In this document: positions 10,395 to 19,605 of the stretch, one piece after another | Layout: each line of letters starts with the position of its first letter | Numbering within the stretch: the stretch's first letter is position 1 | Source: Candidatus Aenigmatarchaeota archaeon | GTDB taxonomy: Archaea; Aenigmatarchaeota; Aenigmatarchaeia; GW2011-AR5 | Length of the DNA stretch: 57,323 nucleotides | NCBI GenBank assembly: GCA_043799385.1 | Contig: JAZDNV010000030.1 | Coordinates: 1 to 57,323 of the forward strand | Direction: 5' to 3' | Made by a program: the position numbers and the translations under genes | Notes under the pieces: model-generated | Database searches by the model: none | Seen by the model: only the letters and a program-made list of their open reading frames with translations | What the model was told of the DNA's origin: nothing

Positions 10395-12806
10395 TTATCT
10401 TATAAAAACTCTCTCCCTGTGAATTATGAAGCTCAGGCAACGCATATCGTTCCATAATCCTAATGTGGTGGGATTTTCACAACCGTCTTTCGAATATAGC
10501 ATCAGCGTGTTCTCACCTGCCTTTAACTTTATATCTTTTGTCAATACGGAATTTCCATACCATACCGAATTTATTGTATATGTTCCTATTAGATCGTTAT
10601 TAAGGTATAGCTCAAGTTCTCTTTTCTTGTTTAGCGAGCCGATTAGGAACTCGAATCTCGCTGTTCTTTCCATATCTGGATTATAGACAAGCATCGTTGC
10701 ATTATCGCCAACCCACCAAAAGCTGAAATTATTGTATGTTTCCTTTGGATACCATCCTTTTCCGTGAAATAGTTTACCATTGATATTTTTTTCTATCGTT
10801 ACATTGAAGAGTAGCAGGCTAAGGCAGCGTATATCCCGCTGCCAAAAGCCGGAAACCGCAGGCACTTCACATTTCGAGATGAATGATAATTTGTTTTCTC
10901 CGGGCTTCAGCTCGATTACTGGAGTAGATATATACATCCAATAGGGTGATATTTCATAGTTATCCAAGTAGCGGTCATTGAAGTATATATCTAGGCCCCT
11001 CGTCCTATTGAGCGAGCTTAGTATAAGGTTCATCCTTATGCTTTCGTCATTGCTGTTCGGATTATACACGGCCAACGTAACATTATCGCTCATCCACCTG
11101 AAGGTCATGTTATTGTACCTCTCTTCATGGTAAAAACCGCTGCTATAGGCAATTCCGGTTATGCCTATCAGTGAAAGGCCGAATATTAGCGGTACCAACA
11201 AAATTATCTGTCTGTGCGATTCACTGAAAGATTTTATATCGTTCCACCAAACGATTAAAAAAATAAATGACAACAAAAGGAAAGGCAGGAACCTAAAGTT
11301 TAGCACTAAAAAACCCAGTGGCGTAGAAAATAAAGTTTTGTCTGCAATAGGTGGCTGCAATTCCCTTATATCCATATTCCCGGAAATCACCCCTTCGATA
11401 AGCCTTGACCTTGGTCCGTAATCAAGGAATTTCTGTATGTGTAAATCAAATATCGGATTGTACAATACTTCAAAGGAGCTTAAATTCTCTTTGAAATCGG
11501 TCTTTATGTCTCCTACAGAATAATCGAGTAGGTCATTCCATTGTGTAAGGCAAAGGATGCTTAAGGTAATCGTTATCATCATCAGTAGCAACCATATGAT
11601 TTTAGGTATTTTCCTGAGCGAATAGCTAAGCGGTAGCATCAGGAATGGAATTACATAAATTAAATAATGCGGACCATATGTATAACCGCCGACCCAGTAA
11701 TGATACACTGACATGAAATAGAGAAGCGCGATGAATAAAAGCCCTATGGTGATTGTCTCCTTTTTGTATGATCTCCACATCCATATTAAACCTGTTATGG
11801 AAAGCACGAGTGCAGGATAAAAGAAGAATAATCCTTTCTCCGGGTATATCAACAGCCTTAATATAACATACGGGTTTGTGCCAAATAGCCATTCGTTTAT
11901 ATCTAATTTTTTCTGAATTTCCACATCAGGGTTCCAGAGAGTTTTGTCGGTAAACTGGATGGGAAGCCGTAATGGATCTTCAGTTATCGCATAATTATAA
12001 AGCAACAATAAGAACAGGCATGCTGAAAATCCAAGAAGGAAATACAGCATTGGTTCTTTTTTCCTGTAAGATATCAAAATATAGAAAATCAGCGCAAATG
12101 TCACCATAATGGCCGTGTAGGCTATCAATAGGGCAATACCAGAAGACAACCCTGCCAATATCATGTATTTGCTTTTTATCCTACTGTTTTTTACCTTGAA
12201 GATTATGAAGAACGACAGGAAAGCGAAAAATGCCGCAAAAATCTCTATCTGAAAAACCGTAGAATACGGCAGGATGAGCGTTCCTATGCCCGCCAGTATT
12301 GTTATAATCAGCCTATGGCTCTCGTTCTTTGTGAAATATCTCAGCATTTTGTATATAAGGATGACAAGCAAAGCTCCGAAGAATGCCGACATCATACATA
12401 AAAGCACCATCGACACACTCGTCAAAACATCAAGATTAATCGGTTCGGTTATTTTTTTATTCTCCGATCCAAAGGTTGTATTGAACTCTCCATGACAACC
12501 TCTCTGGATTCCAAAGAAGTTGTGGATATATTCCCAGACAGCGTATACGGGTACCGCCAAGAATGAAATTCCAGGATTCTTCTCCACATAATAATGCCCA
12601 TTGACGTATGCCCTATCAGACGTGTCGTTGTAGTATTCGTCTATGTTCAATGTTCGGTTATCGACTATCGATTTTGTCAGATCGAATGAAGAATTTTCCC
12701 TCCAGCCAGTCCAGTGAATGAAAAACAGGAAGAACAGGAAGAACGTTATAAATATTTTGAATTCCCTGCTATTCATTATTTTGAACGGCATAGTCAAACA
12801 CTTCAA
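10395..12806 (-). CDS. Polytopic membrane protein, GT-C (ArnT/PMT-like) glycosyltransferase candidate with two C-terminal beta-rich repeats
   Basis: Many TM helices, KNPGISFLAVP loop, GLFFFYP, two G(F/W)Y.E..F.W...GEN.L repeats. Start may be ATG 12791 or 12776. Confidence 0.6.
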   Translation of the reverse strand: MKCLTMPFKIMNSREFKIFITFFLFFLFFIHWTGWRENSSFDLTKSIVDNRTLNIDEYYNDTSDRAYVNGHYYVEKNPGISFLAVPVYAVWEYIHNFFGIQRGCHGEFNTTFGSENKKITEPINLDVLTSVSMVLLCMMSAFFGALLVILIYKMLRYFTKNESHRLIITILAGIGTLILPYSTVFQIEIFAAFFAFLSFFIIFKVKNSRIKSKYMILAGLSSGIALLIAYTAIMVTFALIFYILISYRKKEPMLYFLLGFSACLFLLLLYNYAITEDPLRLPIQFTDKTLWNPDVEIQKKLDINEWLFGTNPYVILRLLIYPEKGLFFFYPALVLSITGLIWMWRSYKKETITIGLLFIALLYFMSVYHYWVGGYTYGPHYLIYVIPFLMLPLSYSLRKIPKIIWLLLMMITITLSILCLTQWNDLLDYSVGDIKTDFKENLSSFEVLYNPIFDLHIQKFLDYGPRSRLIEGVISGNMDIRELQPPIADKTLFSTPLGFLVLNFRFLPFLLLSFIFLIVWWNDIKSFSESHRQIILLVPLIFGLSLIGITGIAYSSGFYHEERYNNMTFRWMSDNVTLAVYNPNSNDESIRMNLILSSLNRTRGLDIYFNDRYLDNYEISPYWMYISTPVIELKPGENKLSFISKCEVPAVSGFWQRDIRCLSLLLFNVTIEKNINGKLFHGKGWYPKETYNNFSFWWVGDNATMLVYNPDMERTARFEFLIGSLNKKRELELYLNNDLIGTYTINSVWYGNSVLTKDIKLKAGENTLMLYSKDGCENPTTLGLWNDMRCLSFIIHRERVFIR

Positions 12807-12851
12807 GATATTTTTGATATATTTATATATTAAGGAAATTCTTATACTATT

Positions 12852-13712
12852 ATGGACGACAGTCGAATAAGAGTGTGGATTAAAAAAAAATTAAGTGAAG
12901 GTTTTGATTCAGGATCTATAAAACGGACACTCGTAAGAAATGGTTATAATCCAAGTATCGTTGATGATATTTTATCTGGAAAAAAATCAATAGAAAAAAC
13001 TGGACCTAATATTAAAGCAAGCCCGCATCATAGGAATAAAGTTGTAATTGTAGTGTTCTTGATTATAATTGGCTTCATATCTATAACTTATATCCTTCTA
13101 AAACCTTTCGTATCTGAAAAAGATACTCTTGTTAATCAAACGATATCCTTTAATTCTGACATTATTTTTAATAAAGTTTGGAAATCAGAAAATATAATCA
13201 AACTTGAAAGAATTAATATATCATATGTGATGGTGAAAAGCAATTCAGATGAATATTATCCATGGAATGTTAGTGGCTTATATATATTTGGACTTAATCT
13301 TCCTGAAAAAAAAAGAGGGATAATACTTTTTTATGTGAATAATTTGACATTGAATAACAATCTGACCTTGAATGGTTATATTGAACAAATTATCATACTT
13401 CCGGGAGAAAGTCAATATAACTTGATTGCACAAATAGCTAATCCTGAAAAGTTGGGCATAGCTCAGTGCAGATTGGACGGTTGCTCGGATATTGGTATAA
13501 AAATAAAGATTTCTGACATTAAAACAAAGAATGAAGAAACTATCTATGATGGTGTTATTGATTTTAGTTACAGTTGGGTCAATCTTAGCTTAGATGTATC
13601 AAAATATTCCGGGAAATTGATTGTATTTAGGATGGAAGCATACTCGAAAAACTTGTGCCAATCGTGCAATAATTTTTTAGCAGTGGATAAATTCTATATA
13701 GAAAAAGAATAG
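12852..13712 (+). CDS. Membrane-anchored hypothetical protein
   Basis: N-terminal small helical domain (WIKKKLSEGF..IKRTLVRNGY), one TM, beta-rich C-terminal domain. Confidence 0.7.
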   Translation: MDDSRIRVWIKKKLSEGFDSGSIKRTLVRNGYNPSIVDDILSGKKSIEKTGPNIKASPHHRNKVVIVVFLIIIGFISITYILLKPFVSEKDTLVNQTISFNSDIIFNKVWKSENIIKLERINISYVMVKSNSDEYYPWNVSGLYIFGLNLPEKKRGIILFYVNNLTLNNNLTLNGYIEQIIILPGESQYNLIAQIANPEKLGIAQCRLDGCSDIGIKIKISDIKTKNEETIYDGVIDFSYSWVNLSLDVSKYSGKLIVFRMEAYSKNLCQSCNNFLAVDKFYIEKE

Positions 13713-13840
13713 CAAAACATACAGGAACGATTGTGGATGCAGGCGTATTGGAACATAAAAATATATCACGCTGAATATTCAGACATATCCGAAGTTTCAC
13801 CATCCTGTCTTTATTAACCATTAAAAACGCAGATATGAGC

Positions 13841-14629
13841 CTATGAAAATAAAAATATCATCAAAATAACCGCCCCAAAAATTATATTTACTGTCTTAAG
13901 CTTTGTTCTTATTATTCTAAAATCCTCTACTGACAATTTACTCGCATGTTTTTTTACAATATATATCTGAATTGTGGAAAAAAATAAAGTGGCAATGAAT
14001 AATAGATAAGAGTCTACAAATAAAGAAAGTATAAAAGACCATATTGTTAATAATAGTAAAGACATTTCAAAAAAATTCGATGATTTTTTGTAGTTATAAT
14101 TCCAAACGCCTTCTATTCTCCTATGTGATATGAGATGTATTATCTGCGCCGGAATCAATGCCAAAAAAATATATAATGATAGCAACCATAGTTCATTTGA
14201 CACTGCCTTATTCGACAAAAAACCTATTATAAACAGGATAGAAAACCCTAGTGAATTTAAAAAAAGATTTGCCATTAGGATTCTTTTTAACCTGAACGGT
14301 GGGGCAGCATACAAGAATCCTATGATGCTGCCAATGATAACTAAAAGAAGTAATTCTATGGAGTAAAAAAATGAGATGATGTAGTTGATTATGAGTACGG
14401 ATAAAGAAAAAAACAGCCCGTTTCTAAAGTCAGGTACTTTGGATTTTGATACATCAAAAAAATTGTTCATGCTATAACCATGGGCCAGATATAGAGACGA
14501 TATTAAGCATACCATTAAAAAATCAGATAAATTTAACTGTGATCTGTAGACGAAACCTAAAAGTGATAGTCCTATTACATATATCCAATCATTTACCCTG
14601 AAAAAATTGAAATAATTTTTTAAAGACAT
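13841..14629 (-). CDS. UbiA prenyltransferase family membrane protein (degenerate motifs)
   Basis: FFRV..W, MNNFFD, LYAAPPFRLKR; about 8 TMs. Confidence 0.65.
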   Translation of the reverse strand: MSLKNYFNFFRVNDWIYVIGLSLLGFVYRSQLNLSDFLMVCLISSLYLAHGYSMNNFFDVSKSKVPDFRNGLFFSLSVLIINYIISFFYSIELLLLVIIGSIIGFLYAAPPFRLKRILMANLFLNSLGFSILFIIGFLSNKAVSNELWLLSLYIFLALIPAQIIHLISHRRIEGVWNYNYKKSSNFFEMSLLLLTIWSFILSLFVDSYLLFIATLFFSTIQIYIVKKHASKLSVEDFRIIRTKLKTVNIIFGAVILMIFLFS

Positions 14630-14721
14630 TGTTATATTTAAGAAAGAAGCAAATATAAAAGATGTTCGCCTTTAGAAGATAAGCTATTTAAATTTAATCC
14701 GTAATCTATAGAGTGATATTC

Positions 14722-14916
14722 ATGATAATACCTGTTCGTTGCATATCGTGTGGAAAACCTGTGGGCGGCCTCTGGGAAAAATTCAAGGACCGCATAGCCA
14801 ACGGCGAAGAGCCAGCCAAAGTGCTGGACGAGCTTGGTATCAGCAAATACTGCTGCCGCTCCCTGTTTCTGACGCATGTAGACTTATTGGGCAAGGTCGC
14901 CAAGTTCAGGGCTTGA
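14722..14916 (+). CDS. rpoN: DNA-directed RNA polymerase subunit N (Rpo10)
   Basis: MIIPVRCISCGK...LDELGISKYCCR. Confidence 0.97.
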   Translation: MIIPVRCISCGKPVGGLWEKFKDRIANGEEPAKVLDELGISKYCCRSLFLTHVDLLGKVAKFRA

Positions 14917-15020
14917 TGCTGGTCGGATTCTATAGCAATAATCGTGAAATTCTGTAAAAGTTAGATTTAAACTTATGGCTTATGTTGAGCTTTATATATC
15001 GAAAACAGCATAAAAGAAAT

Positions 15021-15893
15021 ATGCTGGCTGCAAAGAGCGAAACCGACCTTGCAGAACTTGAAAACAAGAGCATATTCATCCTGAGGGAGGTCAAATCGCG
15101 GTTCAAAAAACCTGCGGTATTGTGGAGCACTGGAAAGGACTCCACAACCATGCTCTGGCTCATAAAAAGAGCATTTTTCGGCGAGATTCCGTTTCCTGTG
15201 ATTCATATCGACACCGGCTATAAGCCGCCAGAAATCTACCAGTTCAGGGATAAGCTGGCAAAGGAGTGGGGATTCAATCTGCTTGTGGCAAAGAACGATG
15301 CTGAAATAGAAAAGGGCACGTCGCCGTTCACGACCAGCAAGTTCGATTGCTGCACCAGATTAAAGACGATGGCCTTGAAGCAACTGATTGAGAAAGAGCG
15401 CTTCGATGCAATCATTGTGTCGATAAGGCGAGACGAACATGGAATCAGGTCATACGAAAGGTACATGAGCCCGAGGGATAAGGAATTCAGGTGGAAAATC
15501 TTCCAGAAAGAGGCAGCAAGGACAGGCGATTCCGGCTTCAAGTCGTTGCAGGACACGGAGTTGAGCGGCTGGATGCTCTTTGAAACTGATTTTGGCCCTG
15601 AATGCAACCATGTGCGAGTCCATCCGATACTCCACTGGTGCGAGATAGACGTATGGCGATATATAAGGCAGGAAAAAATGCCAATCAATCCCTTGTATTA
15701 TTCAAGGAACGGCGAGCGGTATCGAAGTCTAGGCTGCAAGCCCTGCACGAATCCTATAAAATCTGACGCATCGAGCATAGACGAGATCATAACTGAACTG
15801 GAGACGACAAGTGAAGAAGAACGTGCAGGAAGAGCACAAGACAAGGAAGACGAGTACACGATGCAAAAACTAAGAGCATTGGGTTACATGTGA
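15021..15893 (+). CDS. cysD: Sulfate adenylyltransferase subunit 2 (PAPS reductase superfamily)
   Basis: LENKSIFILRE, WSTGKDS PP-loop, HIDTG, RRDE, RYRSLGC..CT, ERAGRAQD. Confidence 0.85.
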   Translation: MLAAKSETDLAELENKSIFILREVKSRFKKPAVLWSTGKDSTTMLWLIKRAFFGEIPFPVIHIDTGYKPPEIYQFRDKLAKEWGFNLLVAKNDAEIEKGTSPFTTSKFDCCTRLKTMALKQLIEKERFDAIIVSIRRDEHGIRSYERYMSPRDKEFRWKIFQKEAARTGDSGFKSLQDTELSGWMLFETDFGPECNHVRVHPILHWCEIDVWRYIRQEKMPINPLYYSRNGERYRSLGCKPCTNPIKSDASSIDEIITELETTSEEERAGRAQDKEDEYTMQKLRALGYM

Positions 15894-15897
15894 TGCA

Positions 15898-16671
15898 ATG
15901 ATTGAACTTTTTATAATACTGGCAGCGCTGGCACTAATCATGGAGATTGTCGATTCTTCGCTAGGCATGATGTACGGCACGATACTAAGCCATGTGCTCA
16001 TCGGATTCGGCTTCGATCCGCTCATTGTCGTACCTTCTATACTAATATCGCAGGCGATCGGCGGCATAGCTGGCACCATATTCCATAATAAATTAAAAAA
16101 TGCAGATTTTAACGGACTTACACGCGATACAAAAATAGTTTTAGCCGTAGTGGCGCCAGGACTAGTCGGAGTTTTAATAGGAACTTTGGTTGCAATCTCT
16201 CTGCCCAAGCTTTTCATGCAAACATATATAGGAATCCTTGTCGTGCTGATGGGCATTCTATGCATATTTCCTGTCAGATACGCATTTAGGTGGTGGAAGA
16301 TGTACGCCATAGGATTACTTTCTTCTTTCAACAAGTTTGTAACCGGCGGCGGATTCGGACCCATAACCAGCACAGGAAAGATAGTAGGCGGGTTGAAGTC
16401 AAAAGTATCTGTTGCAACGACTACTTATGCGGAAGTGCCAATATGCATTGTTTCTTTCATTATTTACATGATTTCCAAAGGCTTGTCGGACCCGTTCTTT
16501 ACCATATCGCTATGCGCAGGTGCCTTTATAGGCGGGATTATGGGGCCGTTCGTAACTAGCCGATTCAATCAGAATAAGCTAAGGAAAGCAGTCGGTATTC
16601 TGGCGATAATCGCTGGTGTGTGGGTTTTGTTGAAAATCGTGCTGAACCTGAACATAAGCGGCGGTATCTAG
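15898..16671 (+). CDS. TauE/SafE family sulfite exporter
   Basis: DSSLGMMYG and GGGFGP repeats, about 8 TMs. Confidence 0.85.
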   Translation: MIELFIILAALALIMEIVDSSLGMMYGTILSHVLIGFGFDPLIVVPSILISQAIGGIAGTIFHNKLKNADFNGLTRDTKIVLAVVAPGLVGVLIGTLVAISLPKLFMQTYIGILVVLMGILCIFPVRYAFRWWKMYAIGLLSSFNKFVTGGGFGPITSTGKIVGGLKSKVSVATTTYAEVPICIVSFIIYMISKGLSDPFFTISLCAGAFIGGIMGPFVTSRFNQNKLRKAVGILAIIAGVWVLLKIVLNLNISGGI

Positions 16672-16703
16672 CATTATAAATTTATTTATTATCAATAACT
16701 CTT

Positions 16704-17147
16704 ATGGCAACAGATTGCATATTCTGTAAAATTATCAGCGGGGATATTGCCGCTGAACGTATTTATGAAGATGATTATTTTCTGGCTTTCCTAGATGTAA
16801 ACCCAGTTGTCGAAGGGCACATCCTATTGATACCAAAGAAGCATTGTGAAACCATATACGATTTAGGAGAAGGCGAAGTTGAAAAAATTGGAGAAGCGAT
16901 TCAAACGGTTTCAAACAAATTGAAATCCATATTTGGTCCGAACATAAATATCGTAAACACTAGCGGCAAATACGCAAGCCAGTCAATTCTGCATTTCCAT
17001 TTTCATCTGATTCCAAGAAGAAGCGGGGACAGGTTGTGGGATGGGGAAAAATCAAGAATTATTCTTGACAGGAGTTCTGGTTTTGAAAGGATTAAACCAA
17101 CCAAAGAGCAGTTGAAAAAACTGGCAGAAGAGATTAAATCGAATTAA
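16704..17147 (+). CDS. HIT family hydrolase
   Basis: DCIFCKI, GHILLIPKKH, HFHFH triad. Confidence 0.95.
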   Translation: MATDCIFCKIISGDIAAERIYEDDYFLAFLDVNPVVEGHILLIPKKHCETIYDLGEGEVEKIGEAIQTVSNKLKSIFGPNINIVNTSGKYASQSILHFHFHLIPRRSGDRLWDGEKSRIILDRSSGFERIKPTKEQLKKLAEEIKSN

Positions 17148-19182
17148 CAAGGCTCTTGCCGTCCATCTCTTTTGGTATTGTTAGATTAAGTATTGTCAGT
17201 ACAGTCGGCGCTATGTCAATGATTTCAGGGTTTTCTTTCTTGAGCTTAAAATTAGTAAATATAACGCCAGGCACGTGGCTCCTGTCAATCAGGTGATCGC
17301 CTGTCCACTCCTCGCCATTATCCATTAGAACGCTGTCCGCAGTTCCGCCCATTGCTGTTTGCCACGACATCCTGTAGCCTGGCTCGAAACCGATAACTAT
17401 ATCCGGCGCATCTTTTACGAATTCGCCGCTGTAAATTTCTTCTCCCTTGTACAAGCTGGTGATAACCTTTTTGCTGTTTTTGTCGTCTTTCAGCTTGCTT
17501 AATTTCTCTATAATCTCGTCGAGAAGCGATTCGTAATTGCTTTGCTCAACGATGCCCTGCGCTTCGCGGCCTTTGAGGTTGACATAGATGCTGCTGAATC
17601 CGAGCGCGTATGCCTCAGTCCTGCTCCAGTCAACGTGACTGAATAACTCGCCTGCATCATTATCCGGTTTGTTCGCCAATGTCATGTAGCCATTCTCGAC
17701 TAACCAATTGTTTATACTTACTGCACGCTCAAAACTGCTGAAGCCATGGTCAGAGAATACTATAAGCGAAGTATTGCCATCTATCTTCTGAAGAACCTCA
17801 CCGATAAACTTATCTTTATCCGCGTAATATTCTTCTATCTCCTTTGGTATCTTGATTCTGCTTGAATTTGACAAAACCTTGTTTTCCCAGAAGATATGCT
17901 GAAGCCTGTCATTAGCGTCAAAAGCAAAAGCGTAGACGCCGCTATTGAAGTTATCGAACTCGTGCCAGAACATCTTTGTTCTTTCATCTTCAATCTGTCT
18001 GACTTGTTCGAGAAATATATTCTTGCCTATCATGTTTTCCGTCACGGCCTTTGTGTCTTCAGGCATGCCAAGCGTGTAGTAAAATCCTATCGCAGCCGTC
18101 AGTTCTTTTCCGTAACTCTTCGGATAAGTGATATCCGTGATTTGATTTTTCGGGTCTATCTGTACGGATGTAACGTACATGCTGAACTCTGGTGTTGTAT
18201 TTAACAGATAGACTTTGAATATGCCATAAATATTCGTGAAGAAATCAACGCTGAATTTAACTTCAATCCAGTCGCTCCAGCCACCGACGCTGACCGTATG
18301 TTCGGAACCGTCGATTGAAATAATTGCGGCGTTTCCTTCTAATTTTATTCTCATCGGCTTTTCAATCTCTGCTCCGTTTTTTATCCTTGGGCCAAATAGC
18401 TTAGTTTCAAAAGTGTTTCCTTTTTCGACCTCGATTACTCTTTTTGCTCCTTCTGACTCTTTATCGTATCCACCAGACGTATAAAAACTGTAGCTGTTCA
18501 GAAAGCCCTTTATGTCAACGACTCCGAGCCCTGAGAGCATTTTTCCCTTTATTTTCTCAGGCGGGAACGTAACCGGCCATCTTATGACCGTTGTTGCAAT
18601 GCCTGCATTACTGGTTATTCGCCAGAACGGAACGCCCTTCATCGTTGATTCATATTGGGTCCATCTCAAACCTGGCGTTTCATCAGCCAGATTCAGTTTT
18701 AGCAGATAGTTTTTTGGGTCTCTTTTTATGAAATCAAATATCCCGTATTTTCCAGGGTTAGAGCCAGTCGCAGCTGCGCTCCATGCAACAGGCGTCTCCG
18801 GTGGTATTGTGCTCTCCAGCCTTGAATAACTACCGATCTCTTTCAGCTTTTTGAAATTTGGCAGCTTTCCCTCGCTGATTAGTTCGTCTATAACGTTTGG
18901 GTCAAGCGCATCTATGCCTATCAGAAGAATCTTTTTTGTCGTCGTGTTTTCACCCGCGTGCATGATAAGAATAAAATAGCTGACAAAGATTATAAGTATT
19001 ATAACCAAAGCTGCTGCAAATGTTTTGTTGCTGAATAACCTTGATATCAACCCCTTGATTTTTTTGGATATGGCCATAATGAAGCCAAGCGCTATGCCAA
19101 AAATCAAAAGTATAACTTGCCAGAAACTTGTCACTAGAAACCCGCCTGTTCCAGGGTCTATATATTCGACTTTCCTGAACAT
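17134..19182 (-). CDS. Alkaline phosphatase superfamily phosphodiesterase-like protein with N-terminal YIDPGTG membrane segment
   Basis: IGIDALD, PPETPVAWS..TG, SDHGF, GDH, DIAPT. Confidence 0.88.
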   Translation of the reverse strand: MFRKVEYIDPGTGGFLVTSFWQVILLIFGIALGFIMAISKKIKGLISRLFSNKTFAAALVIILIIFVSYFILIMHAGENTTTKKILLIGIDALDPNVIDELISEGKLPNFKKLKEIGSYSRLESTIPPETPVAWSAAATGSNPGKYGIFDFIKRDPKNYLLKLNLADETPGLRWTQYESTMKGVPFWRITSNAGIATTVIRWPVTFPPEKIKGKMLSGLGVVDIKGFLNSYSFYTSGGYDKESEGAKRVIEVEKGNTFETKLFGPRIKNGAEIEKPMRIKLEGNAAIISIDGSEHTVSVGGWSDWIEVKFSVDFFTNIYGIFKVYLLNTTPEFSMYVTSVQIDPKNQITDITYPKSYGKELTAAIGFYYTLGMPEDTKAVTENMIGKNIFLEQVRQIEDERTKMFWHEFDNFNSGVYAFAFDANDRLQHIFWENKVLSNSSRIKIPKEIEEYYADKDKFIGEVLQKIDGNTSLIVFSDHGFSSFERAVSINNWLVENGYMTLANKPDNDAGELFSHVDWSRTEAYALGFSSIYVNLKGREAQGIVEQSNYESLLDEIIEKLSKLKDDKNSKKVITSLYKGEEIYSGEFVKDAPDIVIGFEPGYRMSWQTAMGGTADSVLMDNGEEWTGDHLIDRSHVPGVIFTNFKLKKENPEIIDIAPTVLTILNLTIPKEMDGKSLVNSI

Positions 19183-19231
19183 ATGTAATAATAGTCATCC
19201 TTGGTTATAAATTTCTCTGATGCGTATAGAA

Positions 19232-19435
19232 CTAGGTTATTATAATCCTGTTTTTACCCTTGAATTCGCTGCCTATCTTCGTCTGGTGAGGAATATGGCC
19301 CTCCTTCAGCAAACGGAATTCATCCATCGTCTCCTTCTCCAGATGCTTCTTGCTGTGCCTTTTCAGCGTTTCCCAGCTTGAGAACTCGGCTTTGCAGCGA
19401 ACGCAAACGAGCTTTATCTTCTTCGTTTTCTTCAT
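19232..19435 (-). CDS. Small C2H2 zinc-finger protein
   Basis: CVRC..EF.....LKRHSKKH; start reassigned to ATG 19435. Confidence 0.7.
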   Translation of the reverse strand: MKKTKKIKLVCVRCKAEFSSWETLKRHSKKHLEKETMDEFRLLKEGHIPHQTKIGSEFKGKNRIIIT

Positions 19436-19475
19436 GATATGATTAACCAAGAAAAATATTAAAACAGAATGGAAG

Positions 19476-19567
19476 TAGCTTTGCACAAAAAGTGATGGAC
19501 ATCATACAGATGTTCATCGACGATAGGCTATCGTCGCAAAGACGATTGCCTGTTTTTGTGCAAAGCT
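19476..19567. repeat. Y-shaped palindromic element, copy 1 (MITE/REP-like or ncRNA)
   Basis: 15-bp terminal IR AGCTTTGCACAAAAA/TTTTTGTGCAAAGCT enclosing two hairpins; homologous to 34233-34332. Confidence 0.75.
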
Positions 19568-19605
19568 AAAGGAAGGGTTAAAAGCTTTGTTCCTTTCTAT
19601 ATATT

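Noticed and set aside
12882..12890. A9 tract as a phase-variation site
   Set aside because: Frame intact (Lys codons) in an AT-rich gene
13713..13840. Nested stems (ACAGGA/TCCTGT, CTGAATATTCAG) between convergent genes
   Set aside because: Short pairings, single copy, no covariation evidence
19476..19567. tRNA or hammerhead ribozyme identity for the Y element
   Set aside because: No TpsiC or anticodon arms; no CUGANGA/GAAA core on either strand
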